Below are positions 48,144 through 56,556 of a stretch of DNA of 64,000 nucleotides, piece by piece; position 1 is the stretch's first letter; every line of letters starts with the position of its first letter. The notes under the pieces are model-generated. The model was not told the origin of the DNA. It did not search any database and saw nothing but the letters and a program-made list of their open reading frames with translations. The stretch comes from Coleofasciculaceae cyanobacterium CTOTU46601 (GTDB lineage: Bacteria; Cyanobacteriota; Cyanobacteriia; Cyanobacteriales; Coleofasciculaceae). The stretch is taken from assembly GCA_031970155.1 (NCBI GenBank), contig DALYIW010000006.1, positions 5,527-69,526 on the forward strand, read 5' to 3'. The position numbers and the translations under genes were made by a program.

Positions 48144-48619
48144 AGGCATAAAGCATGGGAAAGAACAAGTTACGTTGGTTTATGTCCATCTACTTAGCTC
48201 GTCTAAATGAAAGTAAACGTCAATCCACATAACTTGCTATAAGTCCAATTTTTACTTCCAGAACTACCAGTTAACTTTCAGAAAAAATAGGGTTTACTAT
48301 TGAGCGGCATCACTAGGCTCAGGAGCTTACCCTGCCAACTATCTTAAGATCGCATCCCATAGGCTTCTAGGAGTGGGATGAATTTTGAATTTATGTAATT
48401 TGCGATCGCTCGTTACTATTAGCGCACAGCCCTAGGCGAGTTCAGCAATCTATATCGAATGAGAGATGGTCTACACCTTTTTCAAAAAGTGAGTAACATT
48501 CTGATGAAGGAACTCTATTTTTGTTAAGTGAGACCTTTTGTTCTGTAATACTAAGGTATGACGGTGTATTACCATCAAATATAATATTTCAAATGGCTAA
48601 TATGAGCAACAAACTCAAT

Positions 48620-48667
48620 CGAACTTTATCAAGTCTTTAAAAACTGTTAAAAGCTTGCACAAGTTCG
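48620..48667. other. Conserved stem-loop, copy 2 (core of a ~90-nt repeat at 48592-48685)
   Basis: The structure is cgaactt-tat-caagtcttt-[aaaaactgtta]-aaagcttg-cac-aagttcg. The stems are identical to copy 1 and all four differences fall in the loop. Confidence 0.6.
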
Positions 48668-48739
48668 TAGTCAATTAACTGAGCGCGCCGAGTGCGATCA
48701 ATTGCCACCGGGAGTCGGTTCCTCTGGGATGAAACCATC

Positions 48740-50134
48740 CTAAAAAGCATCTGCCTGTTGAGTCGTCAGTCCTAGTCGTGCCTGACAACGTTCCACGTAA
48801 AGTGCCGCGATCGAGTCATCGGGATTTTGTTCTATCACCTGCTGGAAATATTCCAATGCCAGGGCGAATTCTCCCTGCTGCCACGCCTGGATGCCAGAGT
48901 TGTAGAAGGATTGAGATTGCAGCTTTGCTACATCTAACCACTGAGTTGGCGTACCTAAAATTTCGTAAAGGTCAAGAACTATGCGCTTTCCACGAGGCGT
49001 TACACGGTCAACCCAGCGACAAGGATAGGACGTTAGCGGGAGGTGGGGAGAGAATTCCTCGTTGCTGTGAACTTCAAGGTCTGTTATGTCTAAATTGGTT
49101 GTAATATGGGCAATCGTCGTATTGCTGGCAAGGATTGGACAGTCGTAGAGCTTAGTTAATTCTTCCAGTCGTGCTGCTGTGTTGACGACATCACCAATTA
49201 CAGTAGAGTCCATGCGTTCATCTGAGCCAACGGTACCGATCAAGCCAATGCCAGAGTGAATGCCAATGCCAATTTTAACTGGCTCATCCAAGTTGTACTG
49301 ATAGCGATCGCGGTTAAATTCACTCAACCTTTTCTGCATCATCACAGCAGCATTAATGGCATCTTCTGCGTGGTTATCGAGGCGGTCAAAAATCGCTAAA
49401 ATTGCATCTCCAAGGAATTTATCAATAAAGCCGTGCTCAACAGCAATAGCCTGACTCATTTGGGTAAAGAAAACATTCAACCACTCAAATATTTCCATGG
49501 GAGATTGAGATTCAGCAATAGTACTAAATCCGCGAATATCGCAGAACAAGACAGTAAGTTTTTCTTCCCTAGCATTTCCTAACTGAATAGATTCAACGCC
49601 TTTGGGAGCAATACGGTGTAGAAATTGTTCCGGCACAAACAGCCGAAATTTTTCTGAAATATAGTCATTTGCCTCCCAGGCGGCTATGATTTGTTGCCGG
49701 GATTCCTCCTTTACCCGTCGAGTCATTTCTGACTGTAATTGTTGCGATCGCATCTGAAATAAGCGCAAGATGCTAGCGATTTTGGTCAAGAGAAGTTTAC
49801 TATTAATCGGCTTAGTTAGATAGTCATCCCCCATCATCTCCAGCCCTTGCAACCGAGATTCTTCATCATCTAAAGCTGTGATAAAAATCACCGGCACTGT
49901 TTGCAGCTTAGCGTCTTCCCGTAAGCGACGGCAAACTTCAAAGCCGTCCATACCAGGCATCATAATATCCAGTAAAATTAAATCAGGAATTAACTCAACA
50001 ACCATTTCTAATGCTTCAATTCCTGATTCTGCTAGTAGAGGAATGTAGCCTTCTGAAAGTAATAGATCTTCTAGCAGCAATAAATTAGTAGGGTCATCAT
50101 CGACAACCAGAACCCGAGGCGTAATATTTAGCAT
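48740..50134 (-). CDS. Response regulator: REC - class III adenylate/guanylate cyclase - C-terminal TPR-like region
   Basis: The REC motifs are VLVVDDDPTNL and LLDIMMPGMDGFEVC. The cyclase motifs are LTVLFCDIRGFS, KFLGDAILAIF and VIGDVVNTAARLEE. The ATG at 50132-50134 is preferred. Confidence 0.85.
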   Translation of the reverse strand: MLNITPRVLVVDDDPTNLLLLEDLLLSEGYIPLLAESGIEALEMVVELIPDLILLDIMMPGMDGFEVCRRLREDAKLQTVPVIFITALDDEESRLQGLEMMGDDYLTKPINSKLLLTKIASILRLFQMRSQQLQSEMTRRVKEESRQQIIAAWEANDYISEKFRLFVPEQFLHRIAPKGVESIQLGNAREEKLTVLFCDIRGFSTIAESQSPMEIFEWLNVFFTQMSQAIAVEHGFIDKFLGDAILAIFDRLDNHAEDAINAAVMMQKRLSEFNRDRYQYNLDEPVKIGIGIHSGIGLIGTVGSDERMDSTVIGDVVNTAARLEELTKLYDCPILASNTTIAHITTNLDITDLEVHSNEEFSPHLPLTSYPCRWVDRVTPRGKRIVLDLYEILGTPTQWLDVAKLQSQSFYNSGIQAWQQGEFALALEYFQQVIEQNPDDSIAALYVERCQARLGLTTQQADAF

Positions 50135-50379
50135 AAACCTAACCAAAAATCTATAAAAATAACGTCCGCAAATAGCGCCAAAAACGCTTATTTAGGTAGA
50201 TGCTAACCCTCGACACTGGGACTATGTGTAAAGTTTCAAATAAGATAAGAACCTTTGAAATCACGTAGTTGGCGTAAATACCCCGGAATCGCCTTTTTCT
50301 TTTTGTGGCGTAATTTTTTTACAACCTTAATGTTTAAGGAAGAATTAAAGTTATCACAAAGCGTTAACCTGCCTGAAAT

Positions 50380-52635
50380 TCAAGCACTTGTGTCCGAAGT
50401 ACCAATCTCACCATCGACCAAACAGTGTACTGTAGTAATGAGTTTTTCTAAATCTAAAGGTTTGCTTAAGTAGTCATCGGCACCAGCTTCTAAACAGCGA
50501 TCGCGATCGCCGGCCATTGCTAGCGCTGTCACCGCAATTACTGGAACTCTCTGCCAGGTAGAGTGAGCTTTGAGTTGACGAATTAGCTCAAATCCATCGA
50601 CTCCCGGCAGCTGGATATCCATCAAAATCAGGTGCGGTAGCGACTGAGGCTTTACCCAAGGAGAGTCAAGTACCTCTAACATCGTTTGACCGTTGTCAAT
50701 CAGCTCAACAGTATAGCCTTCAAGTCCCAACACTTCAGAAATCAGTGCTTGGTTGAAAATTTGATCTTCCACAATCAAGATACGTTTCGCATGTTGTGGT
50801 AGTTCATTTTTGAAAAATGAAGAACCTTGCTCTTGGTTGTTACCCACCCTGATGTCGGCAGCTAAACTAGAGCGCATTTCAGTTAGGGGCAGCCAGACGC
50901 GAAATGTACTCCCACTATTTTCTAGTGATTCAACTGAAACTGTACCGCCGTGGAGTTCCGCTAGCCGCTTGGTTAGAGATAAACCTAAGCCAGTGCCCTC
51001 ATGACGCCGTGCTAAGGAAGAGTCTATCTGCTGAAACGGTCGAAACAGTAGATGTAGCTTGTCTTTTGAAATTCCGATCCCAGTGTCTATGACTTCTAGG
51101 CACAGATACGGTGTACTGGAATTGACAGGACTGCGATCGGGCCGAACTTCCTGTTTGAGTTGGTAACCGTAGGCAAGACGTCCCCGCAGCTTTACTGTGC
51201 CTTCTTCCGGTGTAAATTTGACAGCATTGGAGAGGAGATTAATCAAAATTTGGCTGACACGACGCTCATCTAGGAATGCTTGCTTTAATCCGTAGTCAAG
51301 TTCCAGCGAGAGGGCGATTCGTTTTTTATCGGCACGCGGCCCAATCATTTTTAGGCACTGGTTACATAGCGTCTGGATGGAGACAGGTGCTAGATCTAGC
51401 TCTACCTTACCAGCTTCAATTTTTGACAAATCCAGAATATCGTTAATGAGTTGCAACAAGTGCTCACCACTTCTGGCAATTGCCTGAACATGCATCAGCT
51501 GGCGAGGCGTCAGGGTATTGCCAGTTTTTCGCTGCAACAAATCTGAGAAACCCAAAATACTGTTGAGGGGTGTCCGCAGTTCGTGGGACATGGAGGCAAG
51601 AAATTCTGATTTTAGTTGAGATGCTCGTTCTAAATTCTCATTGGCTCGACGGAGGTATTCTTGATCTTGAGCCCGTTCGATCGCGACTCCCAACGTGCGG
51701 CAAGCTGCCAGTAACATATCTTGTTGTGGGGCTTCCTGAAGTTTCTGCCCTGAGCGAGATTCTAGAGTCAAGACACCAATGATCTTGCCTGTGGCACTAG
51801 GAATAGGAAAGATGCCCAGTTGACCAATGCCTGGGTGACGAAACGCAGGCACTGCTTGAGGATGATTTTTGTAATCATCGACAAACAAAGGTTTCCCCGT
51901 TTCCACAACTTGCCAGAGTAACCCTTGACCGTAGGGTATACCTTGATTGAGAAGGGATTCCATCTCGCTGACAGCTACTGTGCCGTAGGTGGCAATAAAC
52001 TGAGTTGAGATCTCGTTGGTCAGCATATTAGCCCAAGCATCTTTGCCGTTACCGCTAATCACCTTGACATCCCCAAAAGCTGCCCCCATCGCCTCTACCA
52101 GATATGAAAGTGCAAACTGCCCAATTTCCCACAATTCTCTGGCCGGTTGCAGTCGTTCTGTAAGGTCTTGCAAAAATCTCAGGCGCTTGATTTCAGCGTT
52201 CAAACTCGTCTGCATCAGCATGGCGTCCTGTCGGGCTTGCTGTATGAGCGTTACGTCACGAAAGGTGAGCAAGCGACCACCAGCAGAGGTATTAGTGGCG
52301 TTAGCCTCTACATGAATGCCATTGGGTTGTTCTAGTGAGAACGAGACATTGTCCCTATCGGTGGCTAGTAAGGTCGATAGAAGCTGTTCAGATTGCGTAC
52401 TAGACCAGTAGCCCTGGGCAACAATCTGAGCGCAAATGTCCTTAAAATGGGGTTTTTGAGCTAACCAGTTTGCAGATAGTCCCCAAAAATGGGTTAATTG
52501 TTGATTGAACAACACTAGATGGTGTGATGGATCGAGCAGTGCGATCGCATTGTCAACTTGGTTTAGAATTAGCTGTTGTTCTTCCTTAAACTGCTTTAAC
52601 TGCCGTTCAATTTGCTCAGGTTGCATAATTTTCAT
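50380..52635 (-). CDS. Hybrid sensor histidine kinase (PAS-GAF-HisKA-HATPase-REC)
   Basis: The H-box is SHELRTPLNSILGF, the G-box is DTGIGI...GTGLGLSL, and the REC motif is ILIVEDQIFNQ...LMDIQLPGVDGFE. Confidence 0.9.
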   Translation of the reverse strand: MKIMQPEQIERQLKQFKEEQQLILNQVDNAIALLDPSHHLVLFNQQLTHFWGLSANWLAQKPHFKDICAQIVAQGYWSSTQSEQLLSTLLATDRDNVSFSLEQPNGIHVEANATNTSAGGRLLTFRDVTLIQQARQDAMLMQTSLNAEIKRLRFLQDLTERLQPARELWEIGQFALSYLVEAMGAAFGDVKVISGNGKDAWANMLTNEISTQFIATYGTVAVSEMESLLNQGIPYGQGLLWQVVETGKPLFVDDYKNHPQAVPAFRHPGIGQLGIFPIPSATGKIIGVLTLESRSGQKLQEAPQQDMLLAACRTLGVAIERAQDQEYLRRANENLERASQLKSEFLASMSHELRTPLNSILGFSDLLQRKTGNTLTPRQLMHVQAIARSGEHLLQLINDILDLSKIEAGKVELDLAPVSIQTLCNQCLKMIGPRADKKRIALSLELDYGLKQAFLDERRVSQILINLLSNAVKFTPEEGTVKLRGRLAYGYQLKQEVRPDRSPVNSSTPYLCLEVIDTGIGISKDKLHLLFRPFQQIDSSLARRHEGTGLGLSLTKRLAELHGGTVSVESLENSGSTFRVWLPLTEMRSSLAADIRVGNNQEQGSSFFKNELPQHAKRILIVEDQIFNQALISEVLGLEGYTVELIDNGQTMLEVLDSPWVKPQSLPHLILMDIQLPGVDGFELIRQLKAHSTWQRVPVIAVTALAMAGDRDRCLEAGADDYLSKPLDLEKLITTVHCLVDGEIGTSDTSA

Positions 52636-52911
52636 CGGCGTTAGTGAGATTTATATAGGGATAGTGTCATGATTCTCCTAGGTTACAAAACGTAACACTT
52701 CCAGAGCGTGAGCAAGTATCCCAGCCGCTTGTGATCTTGGACACCTTAAAGACGGATCGGGATCTCTCCGTAGTAATGCTCTCTGTCAAAGGACTAGTGT
52801 GACAGTCCAATAGAGGTAAGGAGAGTAGGATCACTTCCTTCTATAGGTAGATATGTTCAAATAAACAGCAGGCGCTACCACACACACTCAGTGCAGCAAG
52901 AGAGGGTTGTC

Positions 52912-54084
52912 ATGCAAACGTTAAGACAGGCATTCGAGGAGCGCAATCTCATGGGAAAGTGGGCTCAGAAACTGGAGCAAGATTGGCGAAAACGTCTAGC
53001 CAGTGACTACCCAGATCAAAGCCCAGCAATTAGAGAAAGCATTGTACGCTGGTTAATCGGCGAGAACGTCGAGCGGTTTGACACGATGATGCCAAACCAG
53101 CTAGAAATTGTATCTCAAGCAATGGACTACCGCTATCGGATTTTGCGGCAGCGCTATCTGGGGGTAGAACCCGTCCGGGCTTATCGCAATTTGACCACTC
53201 GGTTAGCGAGTTTGGTGACGTTACGCAACAAAATCAGAACTTGGGTTTCCCTGAGTCGCGATCGCCAACGCGCTGTTGTAGATGTATTACAAGAAGTAAT
53301 TCAAGAATTATTAAACAGCGATCGCTACATCCAAAAACAAATTTCCTGGATTGGTCAGTGCACTGACGACAGCCGCCTTCGTGAAGCCCTACTGCTGACC
53401 ACCATTGAAGAGTATTGTCTGCGCCCGATTCGGAACCAACCTCTGTTAGTGTATCGATTTGTCAACTTTCTGCGTCGGTCTCAACGTGGGGGTATGACCC
53501 ACGTACCAGAGGGAGACCAGGTACGTCTAGTATCTGAGGAAGTGACCCCAGACGAAATGGATGCACCCGTAAGTCTGTTAGACAACCAAGCGGTTGCTGA
53601 ATATCAAGAGACTCAAGCCTTTGAAGAGCAACAGACCCTGAGAAAGTCTGTACGCCAAGAATTTGAAACTTACTTAAGGGAAAATTTGGGGTCAGAGGCA
53701 GCCGAGTGGCTGCGACTTTACCTCCAAGGTCAGTCTCAAGAAGCGATCGCGAAAGCTTTAAATAAGCCAATTAAGGAGGTTTATCGACTACGAGAAAAAA
53801 TCAGCTACCACGCGATTCGTGTTTTTTCCATTAAAGGTAAGCCTGAATTAGTCGCCAGTTGGCTGGAAACTTCCTTGCAGGAACACAGTTTAGGGCTGAC
53901 ACCCGCTCAATGGGAGGAATTTTGGGAAAACCTGACGCCTCTTCAGCGCCAATTACTCGAGCAACAAAAAGCTGGAAAAACCCTAGAAGCGATCGCTAAA
54001 GACTTAAACTTAAAAATTAACCAGGTTATAGGCGAATGGAGTAAACTTTATTTAGCCGCTCAAGCTATACGAAGTGCGTCCTAA
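52912..54084 (+). CDS. HetZ-family (HetZ or HetZ-related) protein, paralogue of 5026-6237
   Basis: The C-terminal 150 aa are collinear with the other paralogue: QSQEAIAKALNKPIKEVYRLREKISYH and GKTLEAIAKDLNLKINQVIGEWSKLYLAAQAIR. The ATG at 52912 follows GAGAGG. Confidence 0.55.
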   Translation: MQTLRQAFEERNLMGKWAQKLEQDWRKRLASDYPDQSPAIRESIVRWLIGENVERFDTMMPNQLEIVSQAMDYRYRILRQRYLGVEPVRAYRNLTTRLASLVTLRNKIRTWVSLSRDRQRAVVDVLQEVIQELLNSDRYIQKQISWIGQCTDDSRLREALLLTTIEEYCLRPIRNQPLLVYRFVNFLRRSQRGGMTHVPEGDQVRLVSEEVTPDEMDAPVSLLDNQAVAEYQETQAFEEQQTLRKSVRQEFETYLRENLGSEAAEWLRLYLQGQSQEAIAKALNKPIKEVYRLREKISYHAIRVFSIKGKPELVASWLETSLQEHSLGLTPAQWEEFWENLTPLQRQLLEQQKAGKTLEAIAKDLNLKINQVIGEWSKLYLAAQAIRSAS

Positions 54085-54156
54085 GCCGAGTTTAAATGGC
54101 GCGGTAGCTCCTTCAAACCAAGTTTCTGACCCACAACTCTCGCCCGAAATTTAAGC

Positions 54157-55500
54157 GTGGTTCACCTGGAGACCACTCGGGCAACCCCGTTTGATAACTC
54201 TGAGAACTTGCTCTCCTGGGGCATCTCACCAATCGCTACTCAGGGAAAGAGAAATTCTTATGATGCCCTCACCCAGCAACTCAGCCCAGTCCGGAATTCC
54301 CGATCAGCTGAGAGCACCTCATCTAAAGCTTCAGCTACTTTTGGCATTGATGCTGAACAAATGTTTCGGCTGATTGATAGTATTTTGCCCTTTGAAGCTT
54401 GCTTATATTACCAGTTTGTGCCTCTTGCTTTGGAAGGCAGACATCTTAAGCTGGGGATGGTAACGCCTCATGACTCCTCGGCCTTAGATTATGTCCGTCA
54501 CATCCTTGCCTACTTAAATTGTTCGCTCAAGACAGAACCCATTGCTGCTGACGTCCATCAGGCAATGCTTTCTGCGTACTTGAACCATACCCATCAACCC
54601 TCGCCGCCCCCTCAGCCAACACCCCAGAATAATCCCAAAGATGCCCCCTCAGAACAAGCCACATTCATATTAGATGATGCTCAAGTAACTGAAAGCGAGG
54701 TTTGTGAGACATCCCAGAACTCCGAAAGTTCATCTTCGCCGAACCTTGAGGAAAATATTCCCCAATCTCCTTCAGTACAAACTCAAAGTACACAAGTGCC
54801 CAACGACTCTTCAACAAAGATGGCACCTACTACAGCTGTAACACCAGTACCAAAGGCTTCAGCTGCCGTTCAGACTTTGCCGCCATTAGAAGTAGAAGCA
54901 GTTTATCTGTCTCGTCCCTTTGAATTTATAGCAACGCTAGCGCCTCAGCATCTGCTTCAAGAATTATTAGGTCGAGTGTTAACTAGCGGAATCGGTCGGC
55001 TTTATTTTGAGCGGCAACCCGATCAAGGTCGCATTCTCTGGAGCCAAGATGGTGTATTACAGTGTGTTCTAGAAAAATTACCCTTGTCGGTATTTCAAGG
55101 TGTAATGGTGGAACTCAAGCGAGTCGTCAATCTACCTCTGATCCCAGTCATGCAACCTAAGCAGGTGGAGATTGAGCGACGCTATCAGCAAGAAAACCTG
55201 TTATTACGTTTGCGGGTAATGCCTGGAAGCTACGGAGAAGAAGCAACACTCCAGGTATTGCGAGGTGCTGCTTTAAAATTTTACCAGCGCCAACAGCTGG
55301 AAAAGCTTAGTCAGGATGCATTGACGCTGGCTCAACAGCTGCAACGAAAGTTAGATGAAATCCGCGATCGCACTTACCTCTATCCCACGCCGTTAGAGGC
55401 TTTGCCAGAACTGAACCATATGCTGGACCGTTTAGATAAACAACTCGAAGCGCTAGCTGATTTGCAGACGGATTCGCACTCTGACAATTCTCTAAGTTGA
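54157..55500 (+). CDS. PilB/GspE-like protein lacking the ATPase core (GspE-N-like domain, Pro/Ser/Gln-rich linker, N2-like domain, coiled coil)
   Basis: The GspE_N-like part is ILPFEACLYYQFVPLALEGRHLKLGMVTPHDSSALDYV. The part resembling the start of the T2SSE domain is GIGRLYFERQPDQGRILWSQDGVLQ...LRLRVMPGSYGEEATLQVLRG. No Walker A motif is present. The GTG start is uncertain. Confidence 0.6.
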   Translation: MVHLETTRATPFDNSENLLSWGISPIATQGKRNSYDALTQQLSPVRNSRSAESTSSKASATFGIDAEQMFRLIDSILPFEACLYYQFVPLALEGRHLKLGMVTPHDSSALDYVRHILAYLNCSLKTEPIAADVHQAMLSAYLNHTHQPSPPPQPTPQNNPKDAPSEQATFILDDAQVTESEVCETSQNSESSSSPNLEENIPQSPSVQTQSTQVPNDSSTKMAPTTAVTPVPKASAAVQTLPPLEVEAVYLSRPFEFIATLAPQHLLQELLGRVLTSGIGRLYFERQPDQGRILWSQDGVLQCVLEKLPLSVFQGVMVELKRVVNLPLIPVMQPKQVEIERRYQQENLLLRLRVMPGSYGEEATLQVLRGAALKFYQRQQLEKLSQDALTLAQQLQRKLDEIRDRTYLYPTPLEALPELNHMLDRLDKQLEALADLQTDSHSDNSLS

Positions 55501-55620
55501 AGCATCTTCTTTCTGGAATGCTGTAAGTCGTTGAAAACCTCTTCCTTCATAAACTGCGTAGCTTTCTCATCAGTTGTCGCTTTGGCATAGGCAGCAGTCA
55601 ACTGACGTATGAAGCCTGAA

Positions 55621-55713
55621 CAGGATTTACGCCAATCTCTCATTACAAACCACCATCTGTAGGGGCGTATATCTATACGTCCCCACCATGGGTTGTTTTT
55701 GGGCGTAAGTCCT
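55621..55713. mobile_element. Family-2 MITE
   Basis: The sequence is caggatttacgcc...ccatctgtaggggcgtatatctatacgtcccc...ggcgtaagtcctg. Confidence 0.8.
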
Positions 55714-55916
55714 GATGAAATTACCCTACCCTTAAGAACAATTTTCTTTCTTCCCCTACTCCCCGTGCTCTGCCTCTTCTCCCTACTCCACCTACCTCCT
55801 CGACTTTCTTGAGCAAGCTGTACTAGCCTTCTTGAGATCAAATTTCATCAAATAGATGACATTCTTTATCATTAAAGGTATTTTTGAGAGAGAACTAGCA
55901 GATTTAGGAATTAGGC

Positions 55917-56519
55917 GTGGGTAACTTGAATACAGAAATCTCCAATTTCAGCTTAGAAGGTCACTTTGTCGGTTTTGTTGGTGATTTTGAGGAACACCCA
56001 AAGCGCATAAAAGTGTCAACAACAGAAGGCGATCGCTATATCAAGCTTTCCAAACAGCTGCGTAGCGAGTTACGTGGGGTTCTCCAAGCAGGAGACTGGG
56101 TACAAGTTTCTGGGGAACTGAAGCGCAAATCCAAAACTGGCGAAGTGAAGCTGAAAGCGTATCAGCTGAAATTAATGGTTCCTGCAAAGCGAGAACCTGT
56201 AGTTCAACCTCCTGCGGCTAGCCGTACCAAAGCCTGTGTAATGGTTTGTCAAAAGTCCTCTTGTCAAAAGCGGGGTGCTGGTGAAGTTTGTCAGGCGGTA
56301 ACACAATCGTTGCGCGATCGCGGATTAGAAGACCAAGTAGCGCTCAAAGGCACTGGCTGCATGAAAGAGTGTAAGAAAGGGCCTTGTGTGGTGTTTATGC
56401 CAGATAAATCTCGTTACACTGGAGTTTCCCCTAATGAAATTCCGACACTTATAGAAAAGCATTTTGCCGCTAAACTAAGACCAGAACAAAGTAAACCTGA
56501 ACTGTCTCCCGTCAGATGA
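55917..56519 (+). CDS. Thioredoxin-like [2Fe-2S] ferredoxin-domain protein with an N-terminal ~100-aa extension
   Basis: The Cys pattern is VCQKSSC (CX4C) ... GCMKEC (CX3C). GTG start. Confidence 0.7.
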   Translation: MGNLNTEISNFSLEGHFVGFVGDFEEHPKRIKVSTTEGDRYIKLSKQLRSELRGVLQAGDWVQVSGELKRKSKTGEVKLKAYQLKLMVPAKREPVVQPPAASRTKACVMVCQKSSCQKRGAGEVCQAVTQSLRDRGLEDQVALKGTGCMKECKKGPCVVFMPDKSRYTGVSPNEIPTLIEKHFAAKLRPEQSKPELSPVR

Positions 56520-56556
56520 TTGGAGACAGGATTGTCGTTAGTTAGGTGAAGTGTAG

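Noticed and set aside
48637-48738. 33-codon minus-strand ORF, MVSSQRNRLPVAIDRTRRAQLIDYELVQAFNSF. It starts one nucleotide after the cyclase stop (TAGGATG) and covers stem-loop copy 2.
   Set aside because: In copy 1 of the repeat (47314-47405) the equivalent frame is closed by a TGA a few codons upstream of the conserved part and has no start codon. The conservation is better explained by the hairpin than by this ORF.
55380-55841. 153-aa minus-strand ORF overlapping the 3' end of the PilB-like gene.
   Set aside because: It consists of a MITE, heptamer-repeat sequence and antisense coding sequence. Its composition is Arg/Ser/Trp-rich and typical of an out-of-frame artefact.
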